Source: a virus
IMG/VR virus record: IMGVR_UViG_3300043184_000020
Strand: one strand, 5' to 3'
Length of the DNA stretch: 64,000 nt
Shown here: one piece after another, positions 58,852 to 64,000 of the stretch
How the letters are laid out: each line of letters starts with the position of its first letter
Position numbering within the stretch: position 1 is the stretch's first letter
Notes under the pieces: generated by a model
The model's input: the letters and a program-made list of their open reading frames with translations, nothing else
What the model was told of the DNA's origin: nothing
The model's database searches: none
Translations under genes and position numbers: made by a program

Positions 58852-61800
58852 TTATCCGATGATCAGGTCCGCTTGAGCAAGACGTGCAAGCTCCCCGTCC
58901 GCGATCACGATGTTGTTAGTGTGGTTAGAGATCTCCACGTCATAGACTCCTGCAACGGACTGAGCTGCGGCTACGATCTCCGAAAGAACGACATCTTGGC
59001 CTACACCTCTAGAGTTGATGTACTCCGAAACCGCTGTTCTGATGCCGTCGCTTACCGAGGACAAGCTGATGCCTTCTTCCGTAGTGACGTCGATGATGAG
59101 CTTGATACGAACCAAGACTGGAGGGAGAACTTCAAACTGAGTTCCCGCAGCTCCGACGCCTGGATAGTTTGTGGCATCGCGGTCGAGACCGTCGATGGTC
59201 CACTGCGCTTGCTGAATAAGTCCGGTGTAGAACTTGTAACCGTCAACACCTTCTACCTGTACGCTTGAGAAGTTCAGACCATTAACGTCTCGAATGGTTC
59301 CCTTACGTCCGGGAGTAAATCCAGTGACGTCGATGAGAGCGTTTGCTTGGTCGTTGAAGTTGATGGTGTAGGGCGCTGTCGTTCCAACGATGTCTGACAC
59401 GTAGGCTGTTCTACTGATACGGAACGTGTCGTTGACGTTGAGCGCGTTTGGAGCGGCGCTAGTAAGCACGATTTGGCCGGTCACGTTGTTGTAAGACGCG
59501 ATCGTAGTTTTATGTCCCTTACTTCCACCCGACAAGATCTCGATGGTCATGCCGGTGAAGTAGTTAGGAATAGCAGTAATCATAGAAGTGTCTACGATCG
59601 TATCGTAAGGAGCAGATACGTCTCCGGTCGTGATAACGCCGTCAACGGACAGCAGCACGAACAAGCCTTTAGCAAGACCTGCCTTAGACTGTGTCTCCAC
59701 GTCGTTGATAGGAGATCCTCCGGGAACTCCCGAGATGGCGATGCCTAGACTGTTGGCAGTTCCTCCGGTCACGAAGACTTTGCCCTGACTTCCAGGAGTC
59801 TTGGTAGAAAGCTGAACAACGTCACCAGTGATACCTACGACTTCAGGACTTGCGACGACCGAGATGGTCGTAGTGTTTAGATCCTTAAGAAGCTTCACGA
59901 CGTTCTCTGCCGTTCTAGGTACAAGGCTGAACTGGTCTCCAACCGCGATAGGGTTAGGGAGTGTGTTAGGAAACACGTCAGAGTAAGTAAACACTCCAGA
60001 AGTACCGGTGTAACCCGTAACCCTTTGAACAGAACCTTCGTTAGCGCCTGAGGTCCAGTAGATCCAGAAGTCTACGAAGTGACCGTTAGTTAGGTATTTA
60101 GCTCCTAGCGCAAGTGCTGCGAACGTGGTGAGCGTTACGGTGGTGACGGTGCCTTTGACCTCAACCGGAACAGAGAAGGTCTTGTTAAGGTTGTCGCCAT
60201 CAAAGATGGCTACCAGGGTCTGATTAGGTCCTAAGGTGAACCCTTCAGAAGCTGGGTTACCGCCTTTGTCGTCGTTGTCTGTGATGACGAACGCGGTGTT
60301 GTTTAGTTGATTAACTTGCTCAGACGTAGGAAAAGCTAAGACGCTGTTTGCAGTTCCGCCTTTGATCTGGACCTTTCCGATCTCAGAAAAGTTGGCGGTC
60401 TTGACTCGAACCTTAAGAAGGTTGGTGACCTCTGCGATTGCTCCAAGAAGCTGTGAGTTAAGCGCTGCTGCTACTTCGGTCGCCTGTGCGTTTGCGGGAT
60501 CGGCAAAATCTGTGGCGTGAGTAAAGGTTACGATCTGACACAGGACAAATTTGTCCCCGATGGAGATGGGGTTCGTAAAACCGGCTGTGGTCGTGATCTG
60601 ACCGGTAGCGGTGTTGTAGGTTGTTACGGTGGAGGTCTGTCCTATGTTAAGGCCGCTGATCCACTCGATGTGGAATCCGACGAACAGGTTAGCTTCATAT
60701 CCGATGAGCCCTGTGTCGATGAAGTTGTCGTAAGGAGCACTACCATCTCCGGTAGATACTGTTCCTTCAAACCCACCGTCTACGCACACGATAAGATCAG
60801 AGCTAGCGCCTAGTCCGGTGAAGTCATAGGTCTCTGGAATGGAGTCTACCAAAGCTCGGGTATTGATGGAGCCCGCTGTAAGCGAGTCTCCCGCGACCAA
60901 AGCTGAAGCAAGCTCGATCTGTCCGTTGGATCGGTTGAGGGTATAGTCTTTGTTTTTACCTTGTGCTACCTCGCCAAAGTTCATCTTGGACGCCGGAACA
61001 CCTGAGAGGTCATCTCCTCGGTAACCTTCCGCTAAGTACAGTACGGTATTGCTTTCGATGCTCTCGATCTTAGTCCAAGAGCCAGTACCGTCTGCGTTAG
61101 CTTTGATCCACTGACCTTCAGAAAGTTCCGTCAAGAAGGCTGTGCCTACGCCGGTCACAACCTGGCTGTTTCCGACAAAGCTTAGAGTTCCGGTCAAAGC
61201 TGCAACGCTACAGAAGCCAAGGGCAGAGGCTGCGCCACCGCCTACAACCTGCATCTTAGACTCTGCGCTGTTCTCAAGCTCAGAGATGAACTTGATGCGA
61301 GAGTTGTTTACGGCAAGCTCAACTTTAGAAAGATTAAGCTCCTTGTCGACTCTTGCAAAAACCTCGTCAGCAAGCGCTTGGCTTGCGTTCGAGAAATCGT
61401 TAGGTCCAAACGAGATGATCTCCGTCTCGTAAAGGTCACCGTTCGCGGCTACTTCTAGTTGCGGCGAGTTCCATATGATGACGTTGCCTAAACCGCCTCC
61501 GGTTGCAGGGTACGCTTCTTCCAAGATGAGCTTGGTAGCAGAAACGATGGTCTTAACTTTTCGGTAGAAGATGTCTGCGTCGGTAGAAAACTTAACGTAG
61601 TCACCTGGGCTTAACAGCTCATCGAAAGGCTCGGTACCAGACACCGCCTTAGTGACGATTCTAGAATTAGGGGTCACGGTGATGTCTGAGTCCGTACTTG
61701 TATACACAGTAGCTGCTAGGTTGTATGGTTGCGCAAGGCTGATCACCGAAGCCGTTACGCCGTCTTTAGTCAGAAGCTTGTCGTTCTTGTAAAGCTTAAG

Positions 61801-63207
61801 CGTGGCTACTTCAAGCTCAGAAAAGTTCAAAGCTGTCTGTGCGGTTGATGCTGAGTCTATCTGAACCTCTTCGTTGGTTCTTGCGCGAGGGGTGATGATA
61901 ACTTTTCGTCCTAAAGATTCGGTAACAGTTCGAGCTTCGACAAGCGTTGAACGGTTATTGATGGCTTCTGAGATCTCAGTTGCCAAAGCCTTTCCTAAGG
62001 TTTCAAAATCAGAAGCCAAGAAGGTAAAGGTCTCTTCGTCTGTACCAACTCGTACGATGATGGTTTCTGTTCCTGACAGAGCAAAGGGTTCGATGTTCTG
62101 AGATACCAAGCTCGCTTTAAGAAGCGGAAAATTTTGCAGCTGAAAGAACTGCTCGCCTCCGGTTGCTTGCGTCATCAAAGTTTCAAGGCCTATGCCAGTA
62201 AAGCTAGGTTCTAAGCCACGACCGTTGTCGATGTAGACCTTAGTCGGACCGTCTGCCAAGTTCACGGGAGGAACGACGTTTGCGCTGACGATGCTTGAGT
62301 TAGTAGCTTCGTCTACCAATCCTAGGATTCCGTTCTGGATAGATTGACGGGTTCCGCGAGAAAGAGATTGAATGGTGTTGCGGATTCTATCTCTAAGTTG
62401 TTGGTCAGTTTCTTGATCTCTGCCGTTCACGAACGGAAGCGGGTTGTTGACCGCAGCTCCGGTGAAAGGAATGTTAGGAAACGAGATAATCGAGTTCGCG
62501 GGGACTCGGTATCCGCCAGCTTGTAGCGCGGTTACGAGTACGTTCTCAAAAGTGTCTTCGCCGTCTAACAGCTCGATAGACTGGTTAAGCTCAAACTTGA
62601 TGGCCTCGCTGACGTCGCTCTCTGGAATCTCTACTTCGGTTCCGGCGTCTACAACTCGACTACCGCCCTGTGCAAGCACTACCGTCTCGTCAGTTCCGTG
62701 ATCGTTGATCAAAGCTGAGTCGAGCGTAATCTCCCAGTAGGAGGTGTTGTCCACAGGAGCTGCTGAGTAGGTTGTAGATTCAGAGTTTACAGTACCACGA
62801 CCTATGTAGATGGTTCCGGCAGCTGGTAGGTCAGACGCATCATCTACGAAGATGCTGATAGAACCTGCGGTAGGTCCGGGAAGACCTGCATAGATCTTGG
62901 TTGAGATCTTGGTAAACGTAAGATCCTTGATGGTAACAAAACCGGTATGAGACTGAGCTTGAAGTCTGGTAAGACCAAACTCGGACGCACGCTTGTCGAG
63001 GTCTTCGCCTTCAGTAGTATCTAAGTTGTAGTTCCGGATGATGTTAAGCATCTGGACGTAAGCTTGAAAATCTTCCTGCGCGGCGGCTTCTAAAAGGGTG
63101 AGGATCACCGAGCCGTCGGTAAAATCGTTGATGGGAGTCTCAGCAGCCACCTTGGCGGCCATCGAGCCTACGATTTGCGGAAAAGATTTTAGTGTCAGCT
63201 TTGCCAT
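58852..63207 (-). CDS. baseplate J-like protein with large repeat-module insertions
   Basis: N-terminus DFTDGSVILTLLEAAAQEDFQAYVQMLN...TTEGEDLDKRASEFGLTR fits the Baseplate_J (P2 gpJ / Mu gp47) pattern; 1451 aa. Confidence 0.65.
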   Translation of the reverse strand: MAKLTLKSFPQIVGSMAAKVAAETPINDFTDGSVILTLLEAAAQEDFQAYVQMLNIIRNYNLDTTEGEDLDKRASEFGLTRLQAQSHTGFVTIKDLTFTKISTKIYAGLPGPTAGSISIFVDDASDLPAAGTIYIGRGTVNSESTTYSAAPVDNTSYWEITLDSALINDHGTDETVVLAQGGSRVVDAGTEVEIPESDVSEAIKFELNQSIELLDGEDTFENVLVTALQAGGYRVPANSIISFPNIPFTGAAVNNPLPFVNGRDQETDQQLRDRIRNTIQSLSRGTRQSIQNGILGLVDEATNSSIVSANVVPPVNLADGPTKVYIDNGRGLEPSFTGIGLETLMTQATGGEQFFQLQNFPLLKASLVSQNIEPFALSGTETIIVRVGTDEETFTFLASDFETLGKALATEISEAINNRSTLVEARTVTESLGRKVIITPRARTNEEVQIDSASTAQTALNFSELEVATLKLYKNDKLLTKDGVTASVISLAQPYNLAATVYTSTDSDITVTPNSRIVTKAVSGTEPFDELLSPGDYVKFSTDADIFYRKVKTIVSATKLILEEAYPATGGGLGNVIIWNSPQLEVAANGDLYETEIISFGPNDFSNASQALADEVFARVDKELNLSKVELAVNNSRIKFISELENSAESKMQVVGGGAASALGFCSVAALTGTLSFVGNSQVVTGVGTAFLTELSEGQWIKANADGTGSWTKIESIESNTVLYLAEGYRGDDLSGVPASKMNFGEVAQGKNKDYTLNRSNGQIELASALVAGDSLTAGSINTRALVDSIPETYDFTGLGASSDLIVCVDGGFEGTVSTGDGSAPYDNFIDTGLIGYEANLFVGFHIEWISGLNIGQTSTVTTYNTATGQITTTAGFTNPISIGDKFVLCQIVTFTHATDFADPANAQATEVAAALNSQLLGAIAEVTNLLKVRVKTANFSEIGKVQIKGGTANSVLAFPTSEQVNQLNNTAFVITDNDDKGGNPASEGFTLGPNQTLVAIFDGDNLNKTFSVPVEVKGTVTTVTLTTFAALALGAKYLTNGHFVDFWIYWTSGANEGSVQRVTGYTGTSGVFTYSDVFPNTLPNPIAVGDQFSLVPRTAENVVKLLKDLNTTTISVVASPEVVGITGDVVQLSTKTPGSQGKVFVTGGTANSLGIAISGVPGGSPINDVETQSKAGLAKGLFVLLSVDGVITTGDVSAPYDTIVDTSMITAIPNYFTGMTIEILSGGSKGHKTTIASYNNVTGQIVLTSAAPNALNVNDTFRISRTAYVSDIVGTTAPYTINFNDQANALIDVTGFTPGRKGTIRDVNGLNFSSVQVEGVDGYKFYTGLIQQAQWTIDGLDRDATNYPGVGAAGTQFEVLPPVLVRIKLIIDVTTEEGISLSSVSDGIRTAVSEYINSRGVGQDVVLSEIVAAAQSVAGVYDVEISNHTNNIVIADGELARLAQADLIIG

Positions 63208-63219
63208 GATTCCTCGCCG

Positions 63220-63639
63220 TTATGTTGGTACAGCAAACTGAAGCGGTACTTCAATTCCAGTATTGGCCAACGTCACTCTCAAGTCTACTAGGATGACGTC
63301 TCCTAAAACTTGAACGGTTACGTCTACGTTATCAAATCTTGCGTCCCTAGTCAACGACTGCAGGATCTGCGTCTTGATCTCTAAGGCGTTCTTGGTCTTC
63401 TCTCCGATCTGAAGACTCGTCCCAAGCTCGGGGTGGTATACCAGACCGCCCGGCTCAACATTAAGCTTAACATAAACAGCTTGAGCAGCGTTCTGGACTC
63501 CGGCTACGAGCTTGAGGTCGTTCAGGTTGTTAAGCTCAAGATCGCCGTCTTGGTTAATCTTAAGGTCGACTCCAAGACTCTTCTCAAACTCGCTCAGGTT
63601 CTTAGTAAGTGCGTTTTCTGGGCCGCGTAAGATTGCCAT
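63220..63639 (-). CDS. baseplate wedge protein candidate (gp25/W or DUF2634-like)
   Basis: 139 aa, directly upstream of the baseplate J-like gene; GVQNAAQAVYVKL...GTSL pattern. Confidence 0.4.
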   Translation of the reverse strand: MAILRGPENALTKNLSEFEKSLGVDLKINQDGDLELNNLNDLKLVAGVQNAAQAVYVKLNVEPGGLVYHPELGTSLQIGEKTKNALEIKTQILQSLTRDARFDNVDVTVQVLGDVILVDLRVTLANTGIEVPLQFAVPT

Positions 63640-63642
63640 ACG

Positions 63643-63993
63643 TTACGCTCCTGGTACCAGCAAGGTGTCGCCGTACTTCTTGACTCCGTCGGCTGTGTTA
63701 GCGTCTACGTACGGAGCTTTCAGCTTGTTCAAGATCACAAGCTCAACCCACCGGGAAGCGTCGTTAAGTTCTCGAGCAGCGATGCGCTCAAGGGTGTCGT
63801 TCTGGCGGATGCGAACCTGGCGCACGGTTGCGGGTTTTGTGATGTTGAAGAAGTTCTGATTCACCACTCCACCTGAAGAGAAGGCTTCGTTGGCTTCGTC
63901 GTACGACGACTCTACGTCGCTCTGGAATGACTCGTTGGTGGCGAGTACTTGGTTGAGCGAATCGGTCATGTTCTGCATGTTACCTAAGATCAA
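63643..63993 (-). CDS. LysM-domain tail protein (P2 gpX / XkdP-like)
   Basis: NDTLERIAARELNDASRWVELVILN is LysM-like; position in the baseplate cluster. Confidence 0.5.
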   Translation of the reverse strand: MILGNMQNMTDSLNQVLATNESFQSDVESSYDEANEAFSSGGVVNQNFFNITKPATVRQVRIRQNDTLERIAARELNDASRWVELVILNKLKAPYVDANTADGVKKYGDTLLVPGA

Positions 63994-64000
63994 GAACTCA

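Overview
The window reads as part of a large, mosaic tailed-phage genome with a myovirus-type baseplate module. No integrase, rRNA, tRNA or CRISPR array was recognised. From 40 to 2109 (+) there is a short operon encoding a nucleotidyltransferase and a ferritin-like protein. From 2110 to 3125 there is an ORF-free region dense in repeats, hairpins and promoter-like sites. From 3.1 to 14.0 kb (+) lies an early/middle block of small genes, rIIA/rIIB, an HNH endonuclease and three envelope-targeted proteins. From 14.0 to 41.0 kb everything is on the minus strand, listed here from high to low coordinate. These genes are GroEL, a Cas4-like nuclease, a prim-pol/helicase fusion, family A DNA polymerase, a phosphoesterase and a T4 gp1-like dNMP kinase. 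They continue with a CYTH protein, a cluster of small membrane proteins, a UvsX-like recombinase, RuvC, a lytic transglycosylase, TerS/TerL, portal and a MuF-like protein. The block ends with a trigger-factor-like PPIase, a ClpP-like protease and a trypsin-like protease. A divergent SF2 helicase lies at 41.1-42.5 kb (+). From 42.7 to 64.0 kb (-) are three paralogous receptor-binding-type fibre proteins, further fibre proteins, a giant baseplate-J-like protein and gp25/LysM-type baseplate proteins. The most notable observations are listed next. (1) A phage-borne proteostasis set: a trigger-factor PPIase protein directly upstream of ClpP, a membrane-anchored S1 protease, and GroEL without GroES. 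(2) Five sigma54-type -24/-12 promoter matches, all on the + strand of the early region. (3) A 27-bp fixed-architecture motif, TAGAGAAC-N9-GGGGAGAATC, present seven times. (4) A run of TAACCC/CCCTAA units in the ORF-free region. (5) Promoter-to-ATG spacing that suggests leaderless mRNAs. (6) Signs of module shuffling among the fibre paralogs, including an 81-bp perfect repeat. All functional calls rest on motifs read by eye. No database search or statistics were run.
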